NCBI GenBank assembly: GCA_041619515.1
Contig: JBFKDW010000019.1
Coordinates: 1-41,479, forward strand
DNA: 41,479 bases
Direction: 5' to 3'
Source: Acidimicrobiia bacterium
Lineage (GTDB): Bacteria > Actinomycetota > Acidimicrobiia > Spongiisociales > SHLN01
Numbering within the stretch: the first letter of the stretch is position 1; the number at the start of each line of letters is the position of its first letter. Under the pieces are notes generated by a model. That model was not told where the DNA came from and did no database searches. It saw only the letters and a list, made by a program, of their open reading frames with translations. This document shows positions 26,501 through 36,810 of this stretch, one piece after another. The position numbers and the translations under genes are program-made.

Positions 26501-28032
26501 CTGCTCACCTCCTCCGCAATGTCGTCGATGCGAAGCGGAGACTCGAACCCGGTTTGATCCTCGATGCGGTCGAGCACCCGCTCCACCGCCGGCTCGATCC
26601 GGTCGAGCACCGGCTTCGGATACACGCCGAGCAGGACGATGAGCGCGGCGATCGGCACGAGAATCCCGACTTCCCGCAGCCCGATGTCGGACAGGGCCCG
26701 GTTTTCCTCCTTGTCCGGCTCGCCGGTGAACACCCGCTCGTAGGCCCACAGCAGGTAGACCGCCGCCAGCAGCACCCCGACCGCGGCGATAACCGTCAGG
26801 GCAGGGTGGCGGCTGTAGGAGCCGAGCAGGATGAGGAACTCACCGACGAATCCGTTGAGGCCGGGCAGCCCGATGGAGGCGAACGCCGTGAACAGGAAGA
26901 ACCCGGCAAACCACGGCATCACCTTTTGCAGCCCGCCGTAGGCAGCGATGTCACGAGTATGGCGCCGCTCGTAGATCATCCCCACCAGCAGGAAGAGCGC
27001 CCCGGTGGTGAGGCCGTGGTTGACCATCTGGATGACGCCGCCCGACACGCCCTGGGAAGTGAGCGCGAAGATACCCAGAATGACGAAGCCGAGGTGGCTG
27101 ACCGACGAGTAGGCCACCAGCCGCTTCAAATCCGGCTGGACGATGGCGACCGCGGCGCCGTAGATGATGCCGACCACGGCCAGCGCGGCCAGAAAGCCGG
27201 CCAGCTGGACGGTGGCCTCGGGGAACAGGTTGAGGTTGAAGCGCAAGAAGCCGTACGTCCCCATCTTCAGCAGCACACCGGCCAGAATGACGGAGCCGGC
27301 GGTGGGTGCTTCGGTATGTGCGTCGGGCAGCCAGGTATGGAACGGGAACAGCGGGACCTTGATCGCGAAGGCAATCCCGAATGCGCCGAACAGCCAGTAC
27401 TGGGCGGTCCGGGAGATGTCGAGCTCGAGCAGCTCGATGTAGTTGAAGGACGGCCCGCCGAGCTGGTCACTGGCCTGGGCCGACAGGAAGATGATGCCGA
27501 CCAGGAGGAAGGCGGAACCGAGGGCGGTGTAGAGGAAGAACTTGAGCGCCGCCGCCAGCCGGCGCTCACCCCCCCACAACCCGATGAGGAAGTACATCGG
27601 GACGAGCAGCACTTCGAAGAACACGAAGAACAGAACCAGGTCGAGCGCCAGGAACACCCCGATGAGGGCACCCTCCAGCAAGAGGAGTGCGGCCATGAAC
27701 TCCTTGCGACGGTGCTCGATGTTGACCGATGCCAGTATCCCGAGCGGGAACAAGAAGGCCGTCAAGGCGACGAGAAACACGCTTATGCCGTCGACGCCGA
27801 GGTGGTAGTCGATCCCGAGATCAGCCCAGATGGGCGACTTCTCGACGAACTGGAACCCGGCGTTGGACGTCTCGAAGTCGAACACGAGAAACCCCGCCAG
27901 GCCGAGGGTGAACAAGCTGAGGGCGAAGGCGACCGGCACCAACAGCTCCGGCCGGCGACGGGGCAGCCCGATCACGACTGCGGCCGCCGCCACCGGTAGC
28001 CAGATGAGGAGGGAGAGCACGTTGAGGCTCAT
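26497..28032 (-). CDS. nuoM: NADH-quinone oxidoreductase subunit M (operon 1)
   Basis: GVDGIS, FFEVLLVPM and IKVPLFPFHTWLPDAHTEAP. Confidence 0.95.
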   Translation of the reverse strand: MSLNVLSLLIWLPVAAAAVVIGLPRRRPELLVPVAFALSLFTLGLAGFLVFDFETSNAGFQFVEKSPIWADLGIDYHLGVDGISVFLVALTAFLFPLGILASVNIEHRRKEFMAALLLLEGALIGVFLALDLVLFFVFFEVLLVPMYFLIGLWGGERRLAAALKFFLYTALGSAFLLVGIIFLSAQASDQLGGPSFNYIELLELDISRTAQYWLFGAFGIAFAIKVPLFPFHTWLPDAHTEAPTAGSVILAGVLLKMGTYGFLRFNLNLFPEATVQLAGFLAALAVVGIIYGAAVAIVQPDLKRLVAYSSVSHLGFVILGIFALTSQGVSGGVIQMVNHGLTTGALFLLVGMIYERRHTRDIAAYGGLQKVMPWFAGFFLFTAFASIGLPGLNGFVGEFLILLGSYSRHPALTVIAAVGVLLAAVYLLWAYERVFTGEPDKEENRALSDIGLREVGILVPIAALIVLLGVYPKPVLDRIEPAVERVLDRIEDQTGFESPLRIDDIAEEVSR

Positions 28033-29927
28033 CAGCCCGCCCCCCGCGATACGAACCAGACGAGCAGCGCCACCACCCCTGCGAAGGTGACGGCGGCATA
28101 ACTTCGGACGAAGCCGGTCTGAATGGGCCGGAGCCAGCCGCTGACGCGGCGCACTCCCCCACCGATGGCACGCACCGACCCGTCGATGACCTCGCTGTCG
28201 AGGACGAACGCCGTCCAGGCCGCCACCAGTTTGGAAGGGAGCACCAGCAGATTGCCGATGATGTCGTCGACGTAGTAGCCGTTGCCGACCCAGCGCCATA
28301 CTCCCGTCCGGCGCGCCGCCAGCGGCGCCGCATCGAAAGCGTCGGCTCCCCGGTAGCGGCCGAACGCGAAGAGGGCGCCGGCGGCGGCGGCCACGATCGA
28401 CACCGCGGCCAGCACCCAGGGTGTGGCCCCGGATGGGAGGTGCGCCATCTCGATGGCTTCGAAGGACGGCTCCAGGTAGTGCTCGAAAGCCGGCTTGAAC
28501 GGCCACGGCGTGTTCAGCAGGCCGAGAACCGCGCTGCCCACTCCCAACCCCAGCAGCGGCAGTGTCATGATCGCCGGTGACTCGTGCGGGTGGACACCGT
28601 CGGCCCAGCGAGGCTCGCCCCAGAACGTGAGATACATCCAGCGGGTCATGTACACCGCGGTCACGAGGGCGGTGATGATCCCGATCACCCATAGGAACGT
28701 GTACCAGCCGCCGGCTCCGAACGCGAGGGCGAGGATCTCGTCTTTCGACCAGAAGCCGGCCAGCGGCGGGATCCCGATGATGGCCAGCCAGCCCACAACC
28801 ATCGTCAGATGGGTGACGGGCATGAGCTTGCGGAGCCCGCCCATCTTGGCCATGTCCTGCTCGCCGTCGAGGGCGTGAATGACCGATCCCGAGCCGAGGA
28901 ACAACAGCGCTTTGAAGAAGGCGTGTGTGAACAGGTGGAAGATGCCCGCCACATAAGCGCCGGTCCCGACTGCAAGGAACATATAGCCGAGCTGGCTGAT
29001 CGTGGAGTAGGCCAGCACCCGCTTGATGTCTCGCTGCATGAGGGCGATGGTGGCGGCAAACAGCGCGGTGAAGGCGCCGACGGTGGCGACCGTGCCCGCC
29101 GAGAATCCAGACAGCTCGAAGAGGGAGGCGGCGCGGGCCACCATATACACACCGGCGGTGACCATGGTGGCGGCGTGGATGAGCGCCGAGACCGGCGTCG
29201 GACCCTCCATGGCGTCGGGTAGCCAGAAGTAAAGGGGGATCTGGGCAGACTTGCCGGCCGCCCCCAGCAGCAGGAGCAGGGTGATGGCGGTAGCCGTGCC
29301 TGCGGTTATCACCCGCGCCGGCTCCTCGAGGACGGTGCCGTAGGTGAGCGTATTGAAATGTGCGAGAATCAGCATCAGCCCGACGAGGAAGCCCACGTCA
29401 CCGACGCGGTTGACGATGAACGCCTTCTTGCCGGCAGCGGCCGCCGACGGCTTCTGGAACCAGAACGAGATGAGCAGGTAGGAGCTGAGGCCGACCAGCT
29501 CCCAGCCGACGAAGAGCAGGCCGAAGTTGTCGGCCAGCACCAGGATCAGCATCGAGGCGGCGAAGAAGTTGAGGTTGGTGAAGAACCGGCCGTAGCGGGG
29601 GTCACCGTGCATGTAGCCGATGCTGTAGAGATGGATCAGCGACCCAACGCCGGTCACGGTGAGCGTCATGATCGCCGACAGCGGGTCCCACAGCAGCTGG
29701 GCGTTGGCACCCAGCGCCGGGATCCAATCGAAGAGGTGCACGGTCTCGGCTTCGCCGGTGCCGGTGATGAAGTCGCCGGTGGCGATGAGCGCATACACGA
29801 ACCCGAGACCGATGGTGGCACTGGCGACCACCCCCGGGACTGGCTCAGGCAGGCGGGAGCCGAAGAAGTGGAGGAACACGGCCCCGGCGAGCGGGAGAGC
29901 TATGACGATCCAGATGTAGTCGACCAC
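28032..29927 (-). CDS. nuoL: NADH-quinone oxidoreductase subunit L (operon 1)
   Basis: [37 protein letters not shown] and QTGFVRSY. Confidence 0.96.
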   Translation of the reverse strand: MVDYIWIVIALPLAGAVFLHFFGSRLPEPVPGVVASATIGLGFVYALIATGDFITGTGEAETVHLFDWIPALGANAQLLWDPLSAIMTLTVTGVGSLIHLYSIGYMHGDPRYGRFFTNLNFFAASMLILVLADNFGLLFVGWELVGLSSYLLISFWFQKPSAAAAGKKAFIVNRVGDVGFLVGLMLILAHFNTLTYGTVLEEPARVITAGTATAITLLLLLGAAGKSAQIPLYFWLPDAMEGPTPVSALIHAATMVTAGVYMVARAASLFELSGFSAGTVATVGAFTALFAATIALMQRDIKRVLAYSTISQLGYMFLAVGTGAYVAGIFHLFTHAFFKALLFLGSGSVIHALDGEQDMAKMGGLRKLMPVTHLTMVVGWLAIIGIPPLAGFWSKDEILALAFGAGGWYTFLWVIGIITALVTAVYMTRWMYLTFWGEPRWADGVHPHESPAIMTLPLLGLGVGSAVLGLLNTPWPFKPAFEHYLEPSFEAIEMAHLPSGATPWVLAAVSIVAAAAGALFAFGRYRGADAFDAAPLAARRTGVWRWVGNGYYVDDIIGNLLVLPSKLVAAWTAFVLDSEVIDGSVRAIGGGVRRVSGWLRPIQTGFVRSYAAVTFAGVVALLVWFVSRGAG

Positions 29928-29930
29928 TCG

Positions 29931-30236
29931 CTATCCCTTCAGCAGCACGAGGTCGTCGACCGAGGCGCTGGCGCGGCGACGGAAGACGGCGATCATGATG
30001 GCAAGACCCACGACAACCTCGGCGGCGGCCACCACCATGACGAAGAACACCGCCACCTGCCCGTTGAGGTCGCCGACATGGCGGCCGATCGCTACGAAGG
30101 TGAGGTTGACGGCGTTGAGCATGAGCTCGATGGACATGAACATCACGAGGGCGTTGCGCCGCAGCAGCATGCCCCCGGCTCCGATGACGAACAGCACCGC
30201 TCCCAGCGCCAGATACCAGCCGGCGGTTACGTCCAT
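29931..30236 (-). CDS. nuoK: NADH-quinone oxidoreductase subunit K (operon 1)
   Basis: [16 protein letters not shown]...[11 protein letters not shown]. Confidence 0.95.
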   Translation of the reverse strand: MDVTAGWYLALGAVLFVIGAGGMLLRRNALVMFMSIELMLNAVNLTFVAIGRHVGDLNGQVAVFFVMVVAAAEVVVGLAIMIAVFRRRASASVDDLVLLKG

Positions 30237-30243
30237 GCGGCCC

Positions 30244-30762
30244 TCATTCGTCCCCCCCTCTGCGGCGCGGGCCGTACTGGGCGAGGGAGACCGCACCCAC
30301 CGATGCGATGATGAGCAGCAGCGTGGTGACTTCGAACGGCAGCAGCCAGGCGGTGAACAGCAGATCGGCAATCGCTTCGACGGTGCCATTGGGCGCTATG
30401 GCCGATTCGGGAGCGGTGATCCAGGCATTGCCGCCGATGAGGGCGAGGAGCACGAGGAAAGCGACCCCGAGGCCGATCGCCAGCTGGCGCTGCAGCGGCA
30501 GCCGTTCCTCGAGGCTCTCAGCCCGATCGACACCGATCAGCATGATGACGAACAGGAACAGCGTCATCACCGCTCCGGCGTATACGACCACCTGGACGGC
30601 GGCAATGAAATGGCCCGAGTTGACGACGTAGAAGACTGCGATCGACAACATGGTGGCCATCAGGCCGAGGGCGCCGTAGACCGGGTTGGGGTGCAGCACC
30701 ATGGTGAGGGCACCGGCTACGGCAACCGAGCCAAATATGACGAACAGCACGAGCTCGGCCAT
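30244..30762 (-). CDS. nuoJ: NADH-quinone oxidoreductase subunit J (operon 1)
   Basis: [19 protein letters not shown]...LPFEVT. Confidence 0.94.
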   Translation of the reverse strand: MAELVLFVIFGSVAVAGALTMVLHPNPVYGALGLMATMLSIAVFYVVNSGHFIAAVQVVVYAGAVMTLFLFVIMLIGVDRAESLEERLPLQRQLAIGLGVAFLVLLALIGGNAWITAPESAIAPNGTVEAIADLLFTAWLLPFEVTTLLLIIASVGAVSLAQYGPRRRGGDE

Positions 30763-31406
30763 CAGGACGGTCCCTCCTCGTCCTCGGAGCCGGTCTCCGG
30801 CGGCGGAGCCTGACCTCGCTCTGGGGGCCGCAACCCCACTCCTGCCGATGGAGTCCACCCCGGCACGCCCTCATAGGCAGCCCGCCCCGACGGGGCCGTC
30901 GCCCGCATCCATCCGTCGGCGATGGTGAGCTCCTCCAGGTCGATCAGCGGGCCGGAAGGCTGGGCATGATTGGGCGAGCCGTCCTCATTGACCAGCAGCT
31001 CGTCGCGCGTGTAGATCGCCTCCTCGCGCCCGGTCGTCGACATCTCGAAGAGCTGGGTCATGGTGATCGCCTCGGTGGGGCACGCCTCGACGCACAGGCC
31101 GCAGAAGATGCAGCGCAGCATGTTGATCTCGTAGATGAAGCCGTACCGCTCCCCCGGGCTGATCGGGGCCTCGGGCGGGTTGTCGGCCCCCCGCACATAG
31201 ATGCAGCGAGCCGGGCACACGCCGGCACACAGCTCGCAGCCGATGCACTTCTCCATGCCGTCTTCGTAGCGGTTGAGGACGTGGCGGCCGTGGAACCGCT
31301 GCGGCTTTACGCGCTTCTCCTGCGGATAGCTCGTGGTGACGCGGGGCCGGAACATCTGGCGGAACGTCACCGAGAGGCCCTTGGCAAAGGTGGCTAGGAG
31401 GCCCAT
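30762..31406 (-). CDS. nuoI: NADH-quinone oxidoreductase subunit I (operon 1)
   Basis: CIGCELCAGVCP and CIFCGLCVEACP, followed by a C-terminal extension. Confidence 0.95.
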   Translation of the reverse strand: MGLLATFAKGLSVTFRQMFRPRVTTSYPQEKRVKPQRFHGRHVLNRYEDGMEKCIGCELCAGVCPARCIYVRGADNPPEAPISPGERYGFIYEINMLRCIFCGLCVEACPTEAITMTQLFEMSTTGREEAIYTRDELLVNEDGSPNHAQPSGPLIDLEELTIADGWMRATAPSGRAAYEGVPGWTPSAGVGLRPPERGQAPPPETGSEDEEGPS

Positions 31407-32455
31407 GGTGCTCCGAATTCGTCGAAAGCGAGCGCTACCGCCACAAAGACCATCCAGATGAGGGTCCCGGGAATGAGACGTTTCCAGCCCAGCTCCATCA
31501 GCTGGTCGTACCTGAGCCGCGGGAGTGTCGCCCGCACCCAGAAGAACACGAACACGATGGCGAAGGTCTTGAGCAGGAACCAGAGGATGGGGAAGACCCA
31601 CGTGATGGCGGCCGGGAGCGACCCGTCCCAGGTAGGCCCGTTCCAACCACCCAGGAAGATGGTGGCGGTGAGGGCCGACATCGTGAAGATGTTGATGTAC
31701 TCGGCCAGGAAGAACAGAGCGAAGCGCAAACCGGAGTACTCGGTGTGGAAGCCGCCTACCAGCTCGTTCTCCGCTTCGACGAGATCGAACGGGGCCCGGT
31801 TGGTTTCGGCGATGGCCGCCATCAGGAAGAACACGAACGACGGGAGCAGGATGATGTTCCAGGCGGGCACCATCCCGAAGAACTGGCCCGCCTGCCCCTC
31901 CACCAGCTTGGAAACCGACAGCGTGCCCTCGTAGATCACCACGGGAACCAGGGCGAGCCCGAGGGCGGCCTCGTAGCTGATGGCCTGGGCGGTGGCCCGC
32001 ACCCCGCCGAGCAGCGGATACTTCGAGCCGGACGACCACCCGGCCAGAACCACGGCGTACACGGCCATCGACGACACCGCCAGCACGAACAGCAGCCCGA
32101 CGTTCAAGTCCATCGCCTGCAGGGTGATGACGCGGTCGCCGATGGAGAAGGGCCGACCAATCGGCACAACGAGGAACATCAGGAGCGCCGGGATCAGAGC
32201 GAGGATGGGAGCAAGCAGGTAGACCGATCTCTCGACCCGGCTGGGGATGATGGGCTCCTTGAAGAACAGCTTGATTCCGTCGGCGAGCGATTGCAGCAGG
32301 CCCCACGGTCCGGCCCGGTCGGGCCCCACCCGGTTCTGCATGTCGGCGAGAATCTTGCGTTCCGCCCAGATGAGCATGAGGGTCGCCACCAGCAAGATGG
32401 CGAAGGCGGCGACCACCTTGACGATGACGATGAGCACGTCGAGCCAGTCGGTCAC
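31394..32455 (-). CDS. nuoH: NADH-quinone oxidoreductase subunit H (operon 1)
   Basis: ERKILADMQNRVGP, ADGIKLFFKE and ETNRAPFDLVEAENEL. Confidence 0.96.
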   Translation of the reverse strand: MTDWLDVLIVIVKVVAAFAILLVATLMLIWAERKILADMQNRVGPDRAGPWGLLQSLADGIKLFFKEPIIPSRVERSVYLLAPILALIPALLMFLVVPIGRPFSIGDRVITLQAMDLNVGLLFVLAVSSMAVYAVVLAGWSSGSKYPLLGGVRATAQAISYEAALGLALVPVVIYEGTLSVSKLVEGQAGQFFGMVPAWNIILLPSFVFFLMAAIAETNRAPFDLVEAENELVGGFHTEYSGLRFALFFLAEYINIFTMSALTATIFLGGWNGPTWDGSLPAAITWVFPILWFLLKTFAIVFVFFWVRATLPRLRYDQLMELGWKRLIPGTLIWMVFVAVALAFDEFGAPWAS

Positions 32456-34890
32456 GAAAGAACCTCGAGCTTCACTTCGAGCGCATCACCAATGCCGCCC
32501 CCGTCTTCCTGATTGAAAGGCACGTACACGGCGCCGGCTGCCAGGGTCGGATCGTGGCGCACCTCCAGGTCGGCTGAGCCGGCGGCCCCGGTCACCCGCA
32601 CCAGCGCTCCGTCGGCTATGCCGAGCCGGGCGCCGTCGGCCGGGTTGACGAAGGCGTAGGCGCCCGGGGCGAGGCGGGCCAGCGAGAGGCTGAATCTGAC
32701 GTGCACCCCGTCGTCGTACAGCGTCCGAGCGGAGTGGAGCGCCAGCCGGGCCGTCTGGGCCGGGACACCGATGTCGACCGGCACATAGCGAAGCGGCTGC
32801 TCCCCGGCGGACGTCGGGATCACGACGCCTTCACGGCCAGGGCCCCATTCGAGCTGCTCCCAGGTCAGACCGCGATAGGCCGGGACCACTTCGGCGATCT
32901 CCTTCTGGATCGCTTCCGCCGACACCGCACCGAGCGACGAGCCGAGCGATACGGCAATGTCCTCGAATATCGACCACGGGGGGCGGGATTGCCCGGGCCC
33001 GGCCACCAGCCGGGCCACCTTCTGGACGCGCCCCTCCAAATTGGTGACGGTCCCGTCGGTCTCTGTGAAGCCTTCGGCGGGCAGGACCACGTCTGCGAGC
33101 CGGGAAGAATCCGTGAGGAACTGGTCCACCGCCACTACCAGATTGGCCTGCTCCAGGGCCGCCCTGGCGGCTGCCTGGTCCGGGAAGTCCCGCACCGGAT
33201 CTGCTCCGAACAACAGCAGGCCGTGGATCTGGCCTGCGGTGAGGCCCGAGATGATGCCGGCGGCGTCGCGCCCGGTGCTCTCCGGGATCGGGGTCGCCCA
33301 CTCTGCGGCCAGGGCGGAGCGAGCCTCCGGGCTGGCGAAGGCAGCCCGGCCGGGAAGCAGCGAGGGGGCAAGGCCCATATCGAGGGCACCGAACACATTG
33401 GACCGGCGGGCGAGCGGCATGATGCTCGCCTGGGGGAGGTCCCGCACGAAGGCGGCCACCGCCTCGGCCAACATGGGGTCCTCGGTATAGCCGGTGCGGC
33501 CGATGAGGCCCACGACCGGCCCCTCGCTCATGAGCAGCCGGCGGGCCTCCGCCATCTCGTCGCTGCCGGCCCGCAGTGCCGCCAGCGCCTCGGGCCCGCG
33601 GCCGGGAACGTAGGAGGCGGTATGGGAAGCGACATCGTGGAGGCCGGTGTGGCGGGGGTGGATGATGATGAGGTTCGCCCCCTCCTGGGCTGCCTGTCGC
33701 ACCCGCAGGTACAGGACGGGCAGCTCTTCCTTGAGGTCGGGGCCCCAGACGAGGATCGTTCCGGCCGAGTCGAGATCGGGAATCGATGCCCGCGGTGTGA
33801 CTGCGCTCAAGAACTGCGGGTTGAGCCCGTCGTCGAGCTGGGCGTCCAGATGATTGGTGCCGATCACGGCCCGCAGCAGCTTGCCGAAGGCATAGGCATC
33901 CTCATTAGTTCCGCGGGCGCCACCCAGCCCGGCGACGCCGTCGGGGCCGTGCTCGGCGATGATGTCACCCAGCCACTGGCTCACCACGGTGAGGGCGCCG
34001 TTCCAGGTGGTTTCCTCGAACTCGCCGTCCTCTCCCCGCACCAGCGGCACGGTCAGCCGCTCGGGAGACCCGATGTATTCGAAACCGAATCGACCTTTGT
34101 CACACAACCATCCTTGATTGGTCGGCTCGTTGTCGACTCCGAGAAACCGGAGAACCTGATTCTGCGAGGACTGCACACTGATCCGGCATCCGACCGAGCA
34201 GTGCGGACACGTCGACTCGACCGCTTCGAGATCCCACGGGCGGGCTCGAAAGCGATAGGGACGGGCGGTCAGAGCGCCGACGGGGCAGATCTGTACGGTG
34301 TTGCCGGAGAAGTACGAGCGGAACGGCTCATCGGGGAACGTCAGCACCTGGGTGTAGTTGCCTCGATCCTGGAACTCGATCAGCGGGTCGCCTGAGATCT
34401 CATCCGAGAAGCGGGTGCAGCGCGCGCACAGGATGCACCGTTCCCGGTCGAGCAGAACCAGTTCGGAGATGTCGATCGGCTTCTCGAAGTGGCGCTTCTC
34501 TTCGACGAAGCGGCTCTCCCCCGGACCGTAGGCCATGGTCTGGTCCTGCAACGGGCACTCGCCGCCCCGATCGCAAACCGGGCAATCGAGCGGGTGGTTG
34601 ATCAGCAGGAATTCGAGAACGCCTTCCTGTGCCTTCTTGACCGTTTCGGATTTGGTGCTCACCACCATCCCGTCGGTGCACGGCATCGTGCACGAGGTCG
34701 TCAACAGCGGGCCGCGGCCCGTATCGACTTCGACCAGGCACATGCGGCACATCCCGACCGGCTTCATGCGGGGATGCCAGCAAAATCGCGGGATGTAGGT
34801 CCCGGTGTCCTGGGCTGCCTGGATGAGGAGCGAGCCGCCGGGCACTTCGTGCTCGGCTCCGTCGATGGTCACCTTCACCGGGTCAGGCAA
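32452..34890 (-). CDS. nuoG: NADH-quinone oxidoreductase subunit G (includes the N7 cluster motif)
   Basis: FC...GMCRMCLV, NHPLDCPVCDRGGEC, RCILCARC...ICPVGAL and CPHCSVGC...LCDKGRF. Confidence 0.96.
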   Translation of the reverse strand: MPDPVKVTIDGAEHEVPGGSLLIQAAQDTGTYIPRFCWHPRMKPVGMCRMCLVEVDTGRGPLLTTSCTMPCTDGMVVSTKSETVKKAQEGVLEFLLINHPLDCPVCDRGGECPLQDQTMAYGPGESRFVEEKRHFEKPIDISELVLLDRERCILCARCTRFSDEISGDPLIEFQDRGNYTQVLTFPDEPFRSYFSGNTVQICPVGALTARPYRFRARPWDLEAVESTCPHCSVGCRISVQSSQNQVLRFLGVDNEPTNQGWLCDKGRFGFEYIGSPERLTVPLVRGEDGEFEETTWNGALTVVSQWLGDIIAEHGPDGVAGLGGARGTNEDAYAFGKLLRAVIGTNHLDAQLDDGLNPQFLSAVTPRASIPDLDSAGTILVWGPDLKEELPVLYLRVRQAAQEGANLIIIHPRHTGLHDVASHTASYVPGRGPEALAALRAGSDEMAEARRLLMSEGPVVGLIGRTGYTEDPMLAEAVAAFVRDLPQASIMPLARRSNVFGALDMGLAPSLLPGRAAFASPEARSALAAEWATPIPESTGRDAAGIISGLTAGQIHGLLLFGADPVRDFPDQAAARAALEQANLVVAVDQFLTDSSRLADVVLPAEGFTETDGTVTNLEGRVQKVARLVAGPGQSRPPWSIFEDIAVSLGSSLGAVSAEAIQKEIAEVVPAYRGLTWEQLEWGPGREGVVIPTSAGEQPLRYVPVDIGVPAQTARLALHSARTLYDDGVHVRFSLSLARLAPGAYAFVNPADGARLGIADGALVRVTGAAGSADLEVRHDPTLAAGAVYVPFNQEDGGGIGDALEVKLEVLS

Positions 34891-36166
34891 CGGGCACCTC
34901 CGCCGGAATCATCGCCGCCACCTCGTCTCGAAAGTGGCGGAGGATGGACGTCACCGGCGACACCGCCGAGGGCCCGAGCGGGCAGATGGTGGTCATCTTG
35001 GGTGGCCAGCCCAGCCCGGGGGCGATGTTGTCCGAGACGTCAAGCAGCAGGTCCAGGTCGACCGCCCGTCCCTCGCCACGGAGGATGCGGGCGAGCACCA
35101 TTTCCAGCCACGACGTCCCCTCCCGGCACGGCGTGCACTGTCCGCATGACTCGTGGGCGAAGAAGCTGACGATGCTGTGGGCGGCGGCGACGACGTTGGT
35201 GGTCTCGTCCATGACCACGATGGCCCCTGATCCGAGCATGGAACCCGCCTTGCCGACGTCGTCGATGGTGATGGGGATGTCGAGTTGATCTCCCGTGAAC
35301 CAGGGGGCCGAGGCACCACCGGGAATGAAGCATTTGACCTCCCGACCCTCTCGCACCCCGCCGCCGTGCTGCTCGATGAACTCGCCGAAGGTCATGCCCA
35401 TGACGATCTCGTAATTCCCGGGTTTGCGCACGTGTCCGGAGAGGCTGAACAGGCGGGTGCCGGCCGAGCCCTCCGGCCCGAGTGCGGCATAGGCGGCGCC
35501 GCCGTTGGTGACGATCCACGGCATGTTGGAGAGGGTTTCCACATTGTTGACGATGGTGGGCTTGCCGTAGAGCCCCTCCACGGCTGGGAAGGGCGGCTTG
35601 ATGCGCGGCTCCCCCCGCTTGCCCTCGAGGCTGTTGAGCAGCGCGGTCTCCTCTCCGCAGATGTAGGCGCCGGCTCCCAGATGGAGCGTCAGCTCGAGAT
35701 CGAAGCCGCTTCCGAAGATGTCCCTGCCCAGGTAGCCGGCGGCATAGGCCTCGGCCAGCGCCTGCTCCACCCGGCGAGCCGGTTTCGGATACTCGCCGCG
35801 TATGTAGATGAACGCCCGATGACAGTCGATGGCATACGCGGCGATGATGATGCCTTCGATGAGCTGATGCGGGTCGCGTTCGAGCAGCTGGCGATCCTTG
35901 AAGGTCCCCGGCTCCGACTCGTCACCGTTGACGACGAGGTAGCGAGGCCTGGTGTCGGGGGGCAGGAACCCCCATTTGACCCCGCAGGGGAAACCTGCTC
36001 CCCCCCGCCCTCGCAGGTTCGAAGCCTTCACCTCCTCGTGGACCGCGGCCGGGGTCATGCTGGTCAAGGCGGTGCGGGCCGCCACGTACCCGTCGGTTGC
36101 CAGATACCGCTCCATCGTGTGGCTGTCGGAGGGATGGGCCTCCATGCGAGTGGTGAGGATCTTCAT
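34883..36166 (-). CDS. nuoF: NADH-quinone oxidoreductase subunit F
   Basis: GRGGAGF, DESEPGTFKD, GAYICGEETAL and ESCGQCTPCREG...ICPLG. Confidence 0.97.
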   Translation of the reverse strand: MKILTTRMEAHPSDSHTMERYLATDGYVAARTALTSMTPAAVHEEVKASNLRGRGGAGFPCGVKWGFLPPDTRPRYLVVNGDESEPGTFKDRQLLERDPHQLIEGIIIAAYAIDCHRAFIYIRGEYPKPARRVEQALAEAYAAGYLGRDIFGSGFDLELTLHLGAGAYICGEETALLNSLEGKRGEPRIKPPFPAVEGLYGKPTIVNNVETLSNMPWIVTNGGAAYAALGPEGSAGTRLFSLSGHVRKPGNYEIVMGMTFGEFIEQHGGGVREGREVKCFIPGGASAPWFTGDQLDIPITIDDVGKAGSMLGSGAIVVMDETTNVVAAAHSIVSFFAHESCGQCTPCREGTSWLEMVLARILRGEGRAVDLDLLLDVSDNIAPGLGWPPKMTTICPLGPSAVSPVTSILRHFRDEVAAMIPAEVPVA

Positions 36167-36774
36167 CCGGCCTCACCTACCGTGCCAAGGCTCTCGAGAG
36201 CCGGCACCGGCCCTCCGGCACCGGCCGTCTCGGCCGGTCCCCAGTCGAAGCTGCGCTGGCCGCCGAACAGAGCCTGCATCTCGTCGCCGTTCACCACCTG
36301 CGGCTCGCCGTCGCGCAGCCACTGGACCAGCTCCCGGGCCTTCTCCACGCCGACACCCTCCACCAGCTCGTAGTTCACCTGGATGGCGGGGGCCCCGCCG
36401 CACGCACCGATGCATTCGACATGCTCGACCGAAAACACCCGCTCGGCATCGGTCTCCCCGGCCGGCACCCCGGTGGCGTCCTCGACGGCATGGAGCACAT
36501 CGGCGGCGCCGAGCACGGCGCACGAGATCGAGGTGCAGACCGACAGCAGGTACCGGCCGGTTTCTTCGCGCTTGTACATGGTGTAGAAGGTGGCGACTGC
36601 CGAGACCTGGACCGGGGTCATGCCGACGAGCTCGGCGACTTCACGAATCGCACGGTCGGGCAAATACCCGTGCTCGGCCATAGCGAGGTAGAGCAGGGGC
36701 ATGACGGCCGATTTCCGGTCCGGATAGGACGCGATGATCTTGTCGACACGCGAGCTGCTCGACCATTCAGCCAT
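36163..36774 (-). CDS. nuoE: NADH-quinone oxidoreductase subunit E
   Basis: VATFYTMY and the [2Fe-2S] motif CTSISC...ECIGAC. Confidence 0.95.
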   Translation of the reverse strand: MAEWSSSSRVDKIIASYPDRKSAVMPLLYLAMAEHGYLPDRAIREVAELVGMTPVQVSAVATFYTMYKREETGRYLLSVCTSISCAVLGAADVLHAVEDATGVPAGETDAERVFSVEHVECIGACGGAPAIQVNYELVEGVGVEKARELVQWLRDGEPQVVNGDEMQALFGGQRSFDWGPAETAGAGGPVPALESLGTVGEAG

Positions 36775-36810
36775 GGCGGCTCCCGCCGACCGACCCTCGG
36801 CTGCGGTTCC